Shown: positions 39,511-51,219, numbered from the whole stretch's first letter. The stretch is 63,828 nucleotides of DNA, filler included, from Octopus bimaculoides (GCF_001194135.2; 6 parts of 6 records of this genome joined end to end with filler, not necessarily neighbours in it); one strand, 5' to 3'. Numbers and translations: made by a program. Notes: generated by a model not told the origin, from the sequence alone.

Positions 39511-39758
39511 GTGTTTATAAGCCGTTTAAAAACAAACAAAAACCGTTAGATTCACTTCAGCATTTAAATTTAATTTGCCAACATATTTTCGTTGCTTTGA
39601 GAGCGCGACCTGATCACTGACAAAATTCCGTGCCGCGTAGAATTTTGTCAGTGATCAGGTCGCGCTGTCAAAGCAACGAAATATTTTGGCAAATTAAATT
39701 TAAATGCTGAAGTGAATCTAACGGTTTTTTGTGTTGTTTTTAAATGGCTTATAAACAC
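39511..39758. repeat. Long palindrome (arms of at least 118 bp, 11-nt loop), PLE-like
   Basis: Left arm 39511-39628 and right arm 39640-39758 (runs into a gap), with a few substitutions and indels. Confidence 0.95.
39644..39693 (+). ncRNA. Atypical hammerhead motif with G3:C8 core
   Basis: Stem I TTTGTCA/TGGCAAA, core GTGATCA (39651-57), extra G, stem II GTCGC/GCAAC, GAAA (39678-81) and a minimal stem III. Confidence 0.5.
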
Positions 39759-40023
39759 NNNNNNNNNNNNNNNNNNNNNNNNNNNNNNNNNNNNNNNNNN
39801 NNNNNNNNNNNNNNNNNNNNNNNNNNNNNNNNNNNNNNNNNNNNNNNNNNNNNNNNNNNNNNNNNNNNNNNNNNNNNNNNNNNNNNNNNNNNNNNNNNNN
39901 NNNNNNNNNNNNNNNNNNNNNNNNNNNNNNNNNNNNNNNNNNNNNNNNNNNNNNNNNNNNNNNNNNNNNNNNNNNNNNNNNNNNNNNNNNNNNNNNNNNN
40001 NNNNNNNNNNNNNNNNNNNNNNN

Positions 40024-40481
40024 TAAAGTAGTTGTATGCAGTCAACTTAATGTGACAGTCCCATGAAGGGAATAATACTACTGCTATTTAACCCTAGGAA
40101 GCTGCACCGCTTCCTGTCGGCCTTGACACATTTCCTGTGTCCTTATGTTTACAAGGAGGAGACAAGCCCCTCCACCCAGCTAAGCCTGCATCCAGAGGCA
40201 TGTTTTTGAGTCTTTGCTCGTCATCAGTCTGGAGTAGCATGACTTGCTAGCTGGAGATGCCTGTCAAGCTCTTGTAGACATATAATAATTCTAGTGAAAT
40301 ACATTCACTGATTTCAAAAATAGAAATAATACATTTCTAGATCTCTCAGAGAGATTTATGCAGTAGTGATACGATAAAGTAGTTGTATGCTGTCAAACAT
40401 AAGGACACAGGAAATGTGTCAAGGCCGACAGGAAGCGGTGCAGCTTTCTAGGGCTAAATAACAGTAGTATTATTCCCTTCA
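40024..40481. mobile_element. PLE-like remnant: 87-bp inverted arms, 22-bp direct repeat and decayed hammerhead
   Basis: Inverted arms 40064-40150/40395-40481 (3 mismatches) and direct repeat 40024-45/40375-96. The minus strand reads TCCAGA-CTGATGA-C-GAG..CTC-AAAAAC-ATGC-C-TCTGGA at 40233-40191. Confidence 0.7.
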
Positions 40482-41245
40482 CTGTTGATGCACTCCCGTA
40501 TGCAAATCAGCCAACGTCCACCTTTATTCTTCTTCATGTAGAGCCTGTGTACATTCGCCTTGGGATGGAGAGCACCATACATTGTATTTGTCTTTCGGGT
40601 AGTGCGATCGAGTTGGTTAATCTCCGCTTGTGTCCATTTCAGGACGGGTGCACTATAGCGGTCTACAGCAACCGCCCATATGCTGATGGTAGTCACAAGG
40701 TTCCTTGAGTTTAACTTTGATTTCAAGAGAAGTTTAAAGCGCTTGAAATATGCAGTGATGACCTTATCTTTTATTTCTTTATGCGAGATATTGTCCAGCT
40801 CCAGAATGTCAAGGTACTTGTACCCATCATCATCTGGGTCTTCCATTCTCTCTCTATTTGCCAATTCTATGCCCCTACAATTTACCCTTTTCCCCCGCTT
40901 CAAAGTAAGCACCGCACACTTCGAGATATTGAATTCCATCCCTATAGCCTTGCAGCACAGTCTCAGCCAGCCTCTCCATTTCAGGCTCTGTTTTTGCGAA
41001 CAGCTTTAAATCATCTCATAGTGCGCGTTGACTTTGCGTAGGACCACAGAAAGTAGGCTCAAGGCGATAACAAATAACAGAGGTGAACAAGAATATCCTT
41101 GGAAGATACATCTTTTCGTTGTTATCACGGCTAAGTGCTGGTTGTTACAGAAAAGACGTGTTTTCCAACTAGGTTTGCTGTACGTAATCAGTGCACACAC
41201 GTTCTCAGCTATTCCACACATGTCGAGTGTTACCAAAATCCACGA
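40482..41245 (-). pseudogene. R4/Dong-type LINE reverse transcriptase fragment
   Basis: RCIFQGYSCSPLLFVIAL (RT QGDxLSPLLF), MEFNISKCAVL, YKYLDILE, KSKLNSRNLV..WAVAV.RYS, LHPKANVHRLYMKKNKGGR. Frameshifted. Confidence 0.9.
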
Positions 41246-41289
41246 ATGCGGATTATCATTGTTGTTGCTATTATTATTATTATTATTAT

Positions 41290-41350
<61 letters not shown>

Positions 41351-41351
41351 T

Positions 41352-41514
41352 TATTGTCTTTGCCCAGCTTCTAACGCTGGAGATGTACTACGGTGTCAGC
41401 TGTTCACTACCAGTAAACTAAGATAACACCCTTATTTTTCGAGCACCATCTGGAATATCGAGTGGTTCCAAGCAGTGCTGTTTTCTGCAAGTGCTCTATC
41501 CTTATTGCAGCCCC

Positions 41515-41515
<1 letters not shown>
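41352..41515 (-). mobile_element. R4/Dong-type LINE 3' end with 3' UTR and (TAC)n(TAA)n tail
   Basis: Minus strand CACTTGCAGAAAACAGCACTGCTTGGAACCACTCGATATTCCAGATGGTGCTC gives LQKTALLGTTRIFQMVL, the typical LQKxxLLGT terminus. Confidence 0.75.
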
Positions 41516-41609
<94 letters not shown>

Positions 41610-41648
41610 ATTATTATTATTATTGCTATCATTATTATTATTATTATT

Positions 41649-41871
41649 AAGGCTGCGAGCTGGCAGAATCTTTAGCACGCCGGGCGAAATGCTTAGCGGT
41701 ACTTCGCCCGTCGCTACATTCTGAGTTCAAATTGCGCCGAGGTCGTTTTTGCCTTTCATCTTTTCGAGGTCGATACAATAAATACCAGTTGAACACTGAG
41801 GTCGATGTAATCGACTCATCCACTCGCCCAAAATTGCTGCCCTTGTGGCAAAATCTGAAACCATTAGTATT
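41649..41871 (+). mobile_element. SINE family B, full length
   Basis: GGCTGCGAGCTGGCAGAATC head, GAGTTCAAATT B box and family B body. Confidence 0.9.
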
Positions 41872-42614
41872 GCTGTTGTTTTTGTTGTTAATTCCACTAC
41901 TTAACTGGAATTAATTTAACAACGATAACAACAACAACAACAAGTTTAAACCCATTCGAGCAAATTTATAGCACTGTACCTACGTTATACATGTACTAAT
42001 TATATGTTTGTCATGGAAGGAAGGTCAGTGTCCATCTCTTTTTCTGGCTGTTGAGATTAGTGCTATAGATTCCAAGGAGATAGGTTCTTGCTCTGAATGC
42101 TTACAACTGTGAATTCCGCTAAAGCCACAAAAGGAGCAGTTTGTGGTGTTCTTCCTTATCGTTGATTTCTCTCCCCAAGCTTATCTTTAATGAATAGAAC
42201 AATGATAAAATGAGTTCAAATTATGATCATTATGTCTTCGCATACCTGTGACTACTACTTCACTGTCGATTAATTTTTTTAAAAAGAATTTAGTGTAATT
42301 TGAAAGAGATTTTGCTACTATTTCTAGTTGGTTCAGTAACCACATAGAGGCACAACCATTGGTTTGTAGTGTTAAATAAAGCGGTATGTTATGGCTAGCA
42401 TATATACGTAAGGTCTCCTTGTTCTTAGCATATGGCGAGCGAACTATGCACACATACATAAGAGCTTATATAATACCAATGTCTCAATTCAGTAGTAGAT
42501 AATCTGCTGCATCACTGCTTTTTTTTACACGAAGCAAATATGGAAATATATCGATTGAAATAACGCAGAAGATATGCAAAGAATTAAAGAGGGCAATCTA
42601 CATACAATTAGTGG

Positions 42615-42730
42615 CCTGACCTTATATTAAGCACGAAAACCTAACCGGATGTAAATAGGAAAGCAGACTAGCCTTTTCTGGAAGCTGATTGGAAGAAGGC
42701 ACAAAATTTGTGGGCGGTTAGACTGTCCGG
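42615..42730. promoter_or_regulatory. Possible promoter-like motif cluster
   Basis: ETS-like ACCGGATGT (~42644), CCAAT box as CTGATTGG (42685-92) and GC box TGGGCGG (42711) lie within about 80 bp of non-repetitive DNA. Confidence 0.25.
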
Positions 42731-43682
42731 TGTATATTTTTTTTTTATGGATTAAGAAAAAGATACCATCAAATTCTATAGCATATGAGCATATGTATAT
42801 GTATATATATGTATGTATGTATGTATNNNNNNNNNNNNNNNNNNNNNNNNNNNNNNNNNNNNNNNNNNNNNNNNNNNNNNNNNNNNNNNNNNNNNNNNNN
42901 NNNNNNNNNNNNNNNNNNNNNNNNNNNNNNNNNNNNNNNNNNNNNNNNNNNNNNNNNNNNNNNNNNNNNNNNNNNNNNNNNNNNNNNNNNNNNNNNNNNN
43001 NNNNNNNNNNNNNNNNNNNNNNNNNNNNNNNNNNNNNNNNNNNNNNNNNNNNNNNNNNNNNNNNNNNNNNNNNNNNNNNNNNNNNNNNNNNNNNNNNNNN
43101 NNNNNNNNNNNNNNNNNNNNNNNNNNNNNNNNNNNNNNNNNNNNNNNNNNNNNNNNNNNNNNNNNNNNNNNNNNNNNNNNNNNNNNNNNNNNNNNNNNNN
43201 NNNNNNNNNNNNNNNNNNNNNNNNNNNNNNNNNNNNNNNNNNNNNNNNNNNNNNNNNNNNNNNNNNNNNNNNNNNNNNNNNNNNNNNNNNNNNNNNNNNN
43301 NNNNNNNNNNNNNNNNNNNNNNNNNNNNNNNNNNNNNNNNNNNNNNNNNNNNNNNNNNNNNNNNNNNNNNNNNNNNNNNNNNNNNNNNNNNNNNNNNNNN
43401 NNNNNNNNNNNNNNNNNNNNNNNNNNNNNNNNNNNNNNNNNNNNNNNNNNNNNNNNNNNNNNNNNNNNNNNNNNNNNNNNNNNNNNNNNNNNNNNNNNNN
43501 NNNNNNNNNNNNNNNNNNNNNNNNNNNNNNNNNNNNNNNNNNNNNNNNNNNNNNNNNNNNNNNNNNNNNNNNNNNNNNNNNNNNNNNNNNNNNNNNNNNN
43601 NNNNNNNNNNNNNNNNNNNNNNNNNNNNNNNNNNNNNNNNNNNNNNNNNNNNNNNNNNNNNNNNNNNNNNNNNNNNNNNNNN

Positions 43683-43717
<35 letters not shown>

Positions 43718-43736
43718 GTATATATATGTATGTATG

Positions 43737-43796
<60 letters not shown>

Positions 43797-44326
43797 TGTA
43801 TGTATGTGTATATATACGTGTGTGTGTGTATAATATGTATTTCTATGTGTGTATGTATATATGTATGAATGTGTGTGCGTTGTTATGTGTGTGCTTCCGT
43901 ATGCACTTATGAATATTGTTCCCGGATGAAGGAAATGTTCTACCAACAGAATGTCAGCATTTCTTGGCAAAAAATCAAAGACAAAATAAGGAAAGCGCAA
44001 CACACGTAGAATCGGAGAATACGGAGGTGGGGGTGGGAAAAAGGAAAGGAAAATATTTGCTCGTTAATTGATATTTGTCCATGAACAATGAAATTTAATA
44101 CGAACTGGACATTAATTGATAAATAATACTGTTTGATTTTCATTCACATGACATGCATGGTCTCACACACACGCTCATATCACACACACACGCACATACA
44201 GACACATACATACACTTGCATATATATATACACATACATATATACATATATANNNNNNNNNNNNNNNNNNNNNNNNNNNNNNNNNNNNNNNNNNNNNNNN
44301 NNNNNNNNNNNNNNNNNNNNNNNNNN

Positions 44327-44359
<33 letters not shown>

Positions 44360-44689
44360 TAAATATACATACATATATGTACAGATATATATATATGTAT
44401 ACATATATATATACACATACATATATACATATATATATATACATATATGTATACATATATGTATACATATATATATACATATATAGTTATGTATTTATAT
44501 ATAGGTATGTCTATATATATATAGATATATATGTGTCTGTATGCATGTGCGTGTGTATGTGTATATATGCATGTATGTATGAGAATATGCAAATAATTTC
44601 CGTGATAGTCTCATTAATTCGTAACTCAGCCGCAATCAAGTAAAAGTATTTACTTTATACTGAAGTATAAGGGTTTTCAACTTCGGAGG

Positions 44690-47600
44690 TGCTATACGTG
44701 TCTATCTTAATATTATTGCAAACTAGTCTGTCACGTTAGACTGTGGTATACTCGTATAAGTCATCAGCTTACATTAGATTAGTTTATCATCTTAGACTTT
44801 GGTATACTGGTCTATCACTTTATATTTTGGTATATTGGCTTCTCACTTTTTACAGCAGTGTACTGAGTTATTGTTTAAACATTAGACGGTAATATACTTT
44901 TGTATTACATTATACTGTAATACATTGGTTTACCACTTCATATTGTGGAAAACTCATTTATCACGATGTACTTTGGTATACTATCACTATGTATTGTGGT
45001 ATACAAGCTTATCACATTACAATATAGTATTCTGATTTGCAACATTATAACTGGTATATTGGTTTAAGACATTCGAACTGTGGCACACTGGTCTATCTTT
45101 TTATATTGTATTAAGCTATTACCTTATAAACCGGTATACAAAATTATCGAGTTAGATTACAGTATACTTATCTATAATTTTATAGTGTGGTGTCCTTCGT
45201 GTCCAACGCTTTATACTGTAGTATACAAGTCTATCAAATTAATTTCTGGTAAGTGGTCTAACACTTCAGGCTGTGACATGCTGAATGTCGTATGCTCGGT
45301 TATCACGTCAATATGTTCTATACAGTCTGTCACCTTAAACTGTAGCATCCTTTACTGTAACTTTGAATGTTGCTGGTATTTACTTTTGATTTTGGTATAC
45401 TGAGCTATAACTTCAAACTATGATATATTTGTATATAAATTACTCTAGCATGCTGGTCTATCGGTCTGGTATACGGCTCTATTCCCTTCAAATATGGTAT
45501 TCTGTTCTCTCACATTAAACAGTGTTATGTCTGTCGATCACCTCGAAAGTGGTATATTGCTCTATCAGTTTTTACTCTAGTAAACTAGACTTTCACTTCA
45601 AATTATGCTATACAGGTCTATGAAATTAGATGACGGGGTACTTGTTTCTCTATGTCCTTTTATATTGATCAATCACTTGAAACTGTGATGCATTTTGCTT
45701 TCACTTTACCCTGTGCTGTTCTGAGTTTTCCCTTTACACGTTATTAAACTTTATGTTTTCATCCAGTATGTTTGTATGCTTGTTGGTCAATTTCGACAAT
45801 GATGTAATAATCTGTAAACTAAAGAATGTGGACTATTGGTTTCTTAATTTATACTCTGTTAGACTGCTCTATCGCCATAAATCATATACTACAGTCTACA
45901 TGCTGTAGCATATTACTTTACCACTATATTGTGATTTCTATGTATGTCATTACACTGCAGTATACTGGTCTATCGCTTTCGACAATAATATGTCTATCGC
46001 TTTATTCTATGGTATATTGGTATATCCACGTGTATGTTATACTGCACCAGCACTTTCTTACTGTTGGGTACTCATCTGCCACCTCAGAACATGCTATACA
46101 GTTCTATCACTTTGTACTCTGATTAACTGATCTATTAACATTTTGGTACATTGATCTACCACCTTAGGCAGGTGATAGATCAACGCTCAAGGTTATACAG
46201 AACTATCACATTACACTATGGTGTAAAAGTCTATCATTTTGGACTGTCATGTACAACTCTGCCACCTCAGGCTGGGTTATCACTTTATATTGTGGTATAA
46301 TAGATTATCATTTTAGACGATTAAATATTTGTCTACCACATCATTGTGTCGTATATGAACTTACTGTGGTACACTGGTCTATAATTTAATTCAGTGTATA
46401 ATTGTTTACCTCTTTATAATGTAGCATACTGGCTTGCCTCTTTAGACTGTAATATACTGGTCTAATTTGGGGCATGGTCCATATTGAGACACTCTGTTCT
46501 ATCACTTTAGATTGAGTCACAATGGTCTATCTCTTACACTGTAGTATACTTGGTCTATACTTAATAATGTGATATACTAGACCTTCACATGAGACTGTTG
46601 TATGGTGGTTTATTACTTCACGATGTCGTAAATGTGCTATCACATTATTCTCTGGTATACTATAATGTGATGGTCGATCAAATTTCACTATCGTATATTG
46701 TATAACATGTAAAACGTGGTATACCACTTTACGCAATGGGATACTAGGCTTTCATGGTAGATTCTGCTACTCTTGTCTATCACTTTACACTACGGTATAG
46801 TTGTCTATCACCTGAGATAACTATTAGTTTATCTCCTTATACTCTGACGTATTAGTCTATCCCTTAATACTCTGGTAAACTGGTCTAACACTTCAGAATG
46901 TGTTATTCTGGTCTTTCACTTTAGTCAGTTGTATACTAGTTTAGCTCTATATTCTAAGGTATACTGATCTGCTACTTTAGACTGTGGCATACGTATCTGG
47001 TGTACTTGGTTTTTCACTTTAGACATTATACATGCCTAACACGTTATAATGTAGTGTAGTTGTGTGTCAATTTTGCCTGTGGTATATTTGTTTATCACTT
47101 TAGAATGTGATCTACTGGTATATTATATTTTAGTTTTGTAAACTGGTTTATTATTTAAACTATGCTTGTAGTATACAGTATATTGGTTTAACACTGTATT
47201 GTGATATTGTCTATCACATTATACGGCTACTTTATACTGTGGTGTACAGTTCTATCATTTTAGACCAGTGAACATTGAATAGCCACTTTATACTATAGTG
47301 TACTATCTAACAAAGCAATGCTTCTCTCTCTCTCTCTCTCTCTTTCTTACGCTCTCTCTCTTTCTTACTCACTCTCTCTCTTTCTTACTCACTCTCACTC
47401 TCTATCCCTCTCTCTCTTTCCTACTCACTCTCTCTCTCCCTCTATGCTGTGGTATACTCGTCTATTCCGTCTATTCCATCTACTCCGTTTTTACAGTGAT
47501 ATATTTATCTGTACCCTGTATAGCGTGGTATACTGGTCTGTCCTTTTAAGCAGTGAAATATTGGTCTATCACTTTACACAGCATTACGCCTTAGACTGTG

Positions 47601-48000
47601 GTATACGAGTCTATCAGTTTATACTTTATTATACTAGTCTACCACTTTCGACATTGATATACTGTGTAATTGATATGCTAGAATATCACCTTATGGTGTG
47701 TTATACACATTTACAAATCTATTACTTTAGACTATGAAATACTAGTCTATCATTTTAGACTATTGTATACTTGTCTAGCACATTAAACTGGAGGATTCTA
47801 AACTACCACCTAGAATATACTCATTTAACACATTCTGTTGGGATATATTGATCTATCATATTAAACTGGTCTATTACTTTAGGCTGTGGTATCCTGAGAT
47901 ATCATTTTAGGCTCTGATAAACTGTGTTATCGCTTCAATCTGTGATATACTAGTCTATCACATTAATCTCTAGTCTCCTAGGCTCTCGCTTTAGTATGCA
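44690..48000. repeat. Diverged 28-bp minisatellite, consensus approx. TGTGGTATACTGGTCTATCACTTTAGAC
   Basis: Successive 28-nt units can be aligned by eye across about 3.3 kb. A CT tract interrupts it at 47325-47440, and remnants continue at 48220-48270 and 48616-48650. Confidence 0.9.
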
Positions 48001-48279
48001 TTTTTTTAATTTACAACTTTATACTGTAATATTTTGAGGCCAAGTGAAGCTTGGGAAATCAGGAAACCAGCAAAGTAAACTAACAGAAAGCAACGGGAAA
48101 CATTGTTGTATCTTTACCAAGAAAAATCATGACAGACATTGATTAGGAGATCCATGATTGCCAACATCTATGAAACACGCATAGCATATGAAGAAAGAAA
48201 TATACTAAATTACCATCATAGTCTTTCACTTTAGTATCATATTAGTCTACCGTTTTAGTGTGGTATATTATTCTGTAGT

Positions 48280-48603
48280 GAAGGCCCGTGGCTTAGTGGT
48301 TAGGGGTATTCGGATCTCGATCGTAAGGTCGTGAGTTCAATTCCCTGCGACGCGTTGTGTCCTTAAGCAAAACAATTTATTTTACGTTGCACCAGTCCAC
48401 TCAGCTGACAAAAATGAGTAGTAATTGTATTTCAAAGGGCCAGCCTTGTCACACTTTGTATCACGCTGAAGCTCCCTAAGAACTACGTTAAGGGTACACG
48501 TGTCTGTGGAGTGCTCAGCCACTTGCACGTTAATTTCACGTGCAGGCTGTTCTGTTCATCAGATCAACTGAAACCCTCGTCGTCGTAACCGACTGAGTGC
48601 CAG
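48280..48603 (+). mobile_element. SINE family C, full length, 12-bp TSD
   Basis: A box TGGCTTAGTGG, B box GAGTTCAATTCC. TSD TTATTCTGTAGT at 48268-79 and 48604-15. Confidence 0.92.
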
Positions 48604-48789
48604 TTATTCTGTAGTTTACTGATCTATCATTTCAGAATGTAGTTATATGTGCAGCACCTGTCCTATACCATTGTATAATCGCAAGAAATGTTTGATCTAA
48701 TGTATATATATATATATATACATATATATTCACACACACATATATACATATATATATATACATATGTATACATATATATACACACACAC

Positions 48790-48827
<38 letters not shown>

Positions 48828-48927
48828 NNNNNNNNNNNNNNNNNNNNNNNNNNNNNNNNNNNNNNNNNNNNTTAATTAATTAANNNNNNNNNNNNNNNNN
48901 NNNNNNNNNNNNNNNNNNNNNNNNNNN
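48828..48927. other. Artificial scaffold join
   Basis: Linker at 48872-48883. Confidence 0.95.
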
Positions 48928-49080
48928 CTAGCATGGGTTGGACGATTTGACTGAGGACTGGTGAAACCAGGTGGCTACACCAGACTCCAATCTGATCTGG
49001 CAGAGTTTCTACAGCTGGATGCCCTTCCTAACGCCAACCACTCCGAGAGTGTAGTGGGTGCTTTTACGTGCCACCGGGGC
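48928..49080 (-). mobile_element. RTE-like LINE 3' region
   Basis: Matches the 33105-33202 element and extends it. Confidence 0.6.
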
Positions 49081-49712
49081 CACCAGAAGGAATCTTGAGG
49101 CTTTAGGATGATAAACCACTTCACCCTAATTCCAACTTCTAGGGCATTACACAAAGAAACTGATTCATAAGTCATAATGTAAGTGGAGTGAACCGAAATA
49201 AACCTCTGCATTGCTGCATACAGTGGTACTTACAATGTAATACATGAGTATCACCAGGTATTTCTGCTAGTGTTGAATAAGAGATGCTTTCTCATGATGT
49301 ATACCAATTTTCTGCCTTTCTATATCCTACATTAAGTAGGATATACAGAATGCTATTTTGAACAAATACTGCCTCTGTTGTTAATAATGGATTTATAACC
49401 AACCTGCTGGCCATTTGTGACATTACTGATTTGTTAATCACTGTATTTCTATAAATGTTAAATTTTTGCAAGCATCTGTTTGCTATGGATACTTGCTGCT
49501 GATGATGCTCAAAGAGGCAGAAATCTGGATGTAACAATTCCACTGCTGCTGCTGGATGCCTTTTGTCTGCTACTGATATACTTCTGTGATTTTTAGCATT
49601 TTTTTTAAGATGAATACCAGTCTTCTGGCTTGCTACAGTATATTCACATTAAGTAAGATATACAGGGTACTATTTTGAACTAACACCGATGTTATTATTA
49701 TTCTTATTATTC

Positions 49713-49787
49713 AGGTCACTGCTTGGAATCGAACTTGCAATCTTGAGGTTAGTAGCCTGCGCTCTTAACCACTACGCCATATGCTCG
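49713..49787 (-). mobile_element. tRNA-like unit (Thr-like) with (TAA)n tail; SINE head or tRNA pseudogene
   Basis: TGGCGTAGTGG A box, loop CT-ACT-AA, short variable loop AGATT and AGTTCGATTCC B box. Stems pair poorly. Confidence 0.65.
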
Positions 49788-49814
49788 TGGGCAATAATGG
49801 AGTGAATTTTAGGG

Positions 49815-50150
49815 CTAATAAATCTAATATTTTTCTATCCTTCCTTAACACTGGTTCCCATATGCTGCTCATATCTGCACTCGTTCTGCTTAGGAGGTTG
49901 TTGTGTCCTAGCGTATGTGTGGCTTCTGTTAGTTTTCATATTTTCCAGTGTTTTCTATCTATTATTTTAACTTCATCCCACAGGGGTTGGGGACCTCCAT
50001 TTTTCCATACATGATCAGCTATACTTAATTTATCATTATCTCCTCATGCCACAGCTTTGCGATGTTCGTCTACCCTTATTTTGAGGGGGCGACATGTTTC
50101 ACCTTTGTATAACCTACCAATACCCTATAAGAATGCTATTGTTGTTGGTG
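49815..50150 (-). pseudogene. Penelope-like element GIY-YIG endonuclease C-terminal fragment
   Basis: RLYKGETCRPLKIRVDEHRKAV*GDNDKLSIADHVWKNGGPQPLWDEVKII*RKHWKI*KLTEATHTLGHNNLLSRTSADMSSIWEPVLRK contains YxGETxRxLxxRxxEH. Confidence 0.85.
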
Positions 50151-50239
50151 TCCAGCACATCCACTGCCAAAGTAAAGGATGACATGAAAAAAGGGGAGAA
50201 GAAAAGGAAAAATATAGAAGTGAAGGAGAGAAGTGGTAC

Positions 50240-50700
50240 ATCATTATTATTATCATTTCATGTTTGCTTTCCTTGTTGGCATGGACTGGATGCAATGTTG
50301 CTCTTATGGATAGGTTGGAAAACCACATCTCACACCTAAGTTTAATCTTTGGCTTTGTTACTATGGCTATATACCCTTTCCAGTACCAACCGCAACTGAT
50401 GGGGCTCCAGTACTTGTTTTGGCATGATTTCTATGGCTGAATGCCCTTCCTAATGACAATCACTTTACAGCATCTACTGAGTGCATTTTTTTTATGCTAT
50501 CAGTACTAGTGAGGTCACTATGCAGCTCACAAGACTCCAAACCCAGGGAAGGGTGCGCATTGGGTACAATTTTTGTGAACTCACACCCCTTAGCTGTAGC
50601 AACCTTAGAAAGTTTCATATGTTTAGTAAGATGAAGGGTCTTCTTAACTCTCTACTCAACAGACTGTATTGAGTGCATTTTATGATGGGACCAGCACTAG
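50240..50700 (-). mobile_element. Degenerate RTE-like 3' repeat modules
   Basis: GGCTGAATGCCCTTCCTAATG.CAATCAC..GAGTGCATTTT motifs resemble 49010-49070. Confidence 0.45.
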
Positions 50701-50707
50701 AGAGGAT

Positions 50708-50850
50708 AAGCGTCCTTTCTACTGTAGGCACAGGGCCTGAAATTTGGGGAAGGGTATTAGTTGATTATATTGACCCCAGTGTTTCACTGGTACTTAATTT
50801 ATCGACTTCAAAAGGATGAAAGCCAAAGTCGACCTTGGCAGAATTTGGAG
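50708..50850 (-). mobile_element. SINE family B, 3' part
   Basis: CCTTTCTACTGTAGGCACAGGGCCTGAAATTT..GATGAAAGCCAAAGTCGACCTTGGCAGAATTTG. Confidence 0.85.
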
Positions 50851-50989
50851 GGGATAAGAGCGAGAGAAGAAAGGATAACAAGAGGTGAATGAATGTTATG
50901 AGATAATGATTGGTGATAACACTAAATGATGGCTAGTGGGGAGTATAAGTTGAATGTAAGAAGTAAAAGCAGGACGGATATGGTCCCAG

Positions 50990-51171
50990 TGCAGGTGTGG
51001 CTGTGTGGTAAGTAGCTTGCTTACCAACCACATGGTCCTGGGTTCAGTCCCCCTGCATGGCACCTTGGGTAAGCGTCTTCTACTATAGCCTATAGCTTCG
51101 GACCAACCAAAGCCTTGTAAATGGATTTGGTAGACAGAAACTGGAAGAAGCCCGTCGTATATGTATATATG

Positions 51172-51219
<48 letters not shown>

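Noticed and set aside
44690-48000. 28-bp array as a CRISPR array or repetitive coding exon
   Set aside because: The units are contiguous with no unique spacers, the context is eukaryotic, and there are no cas genes. The period is not a multiple of 3 and stops are frequent.
49292-49543. 83-aa minus-strand ORF as a gene
   Set aside because: No recognisable domain, and its length is within chance expectation.
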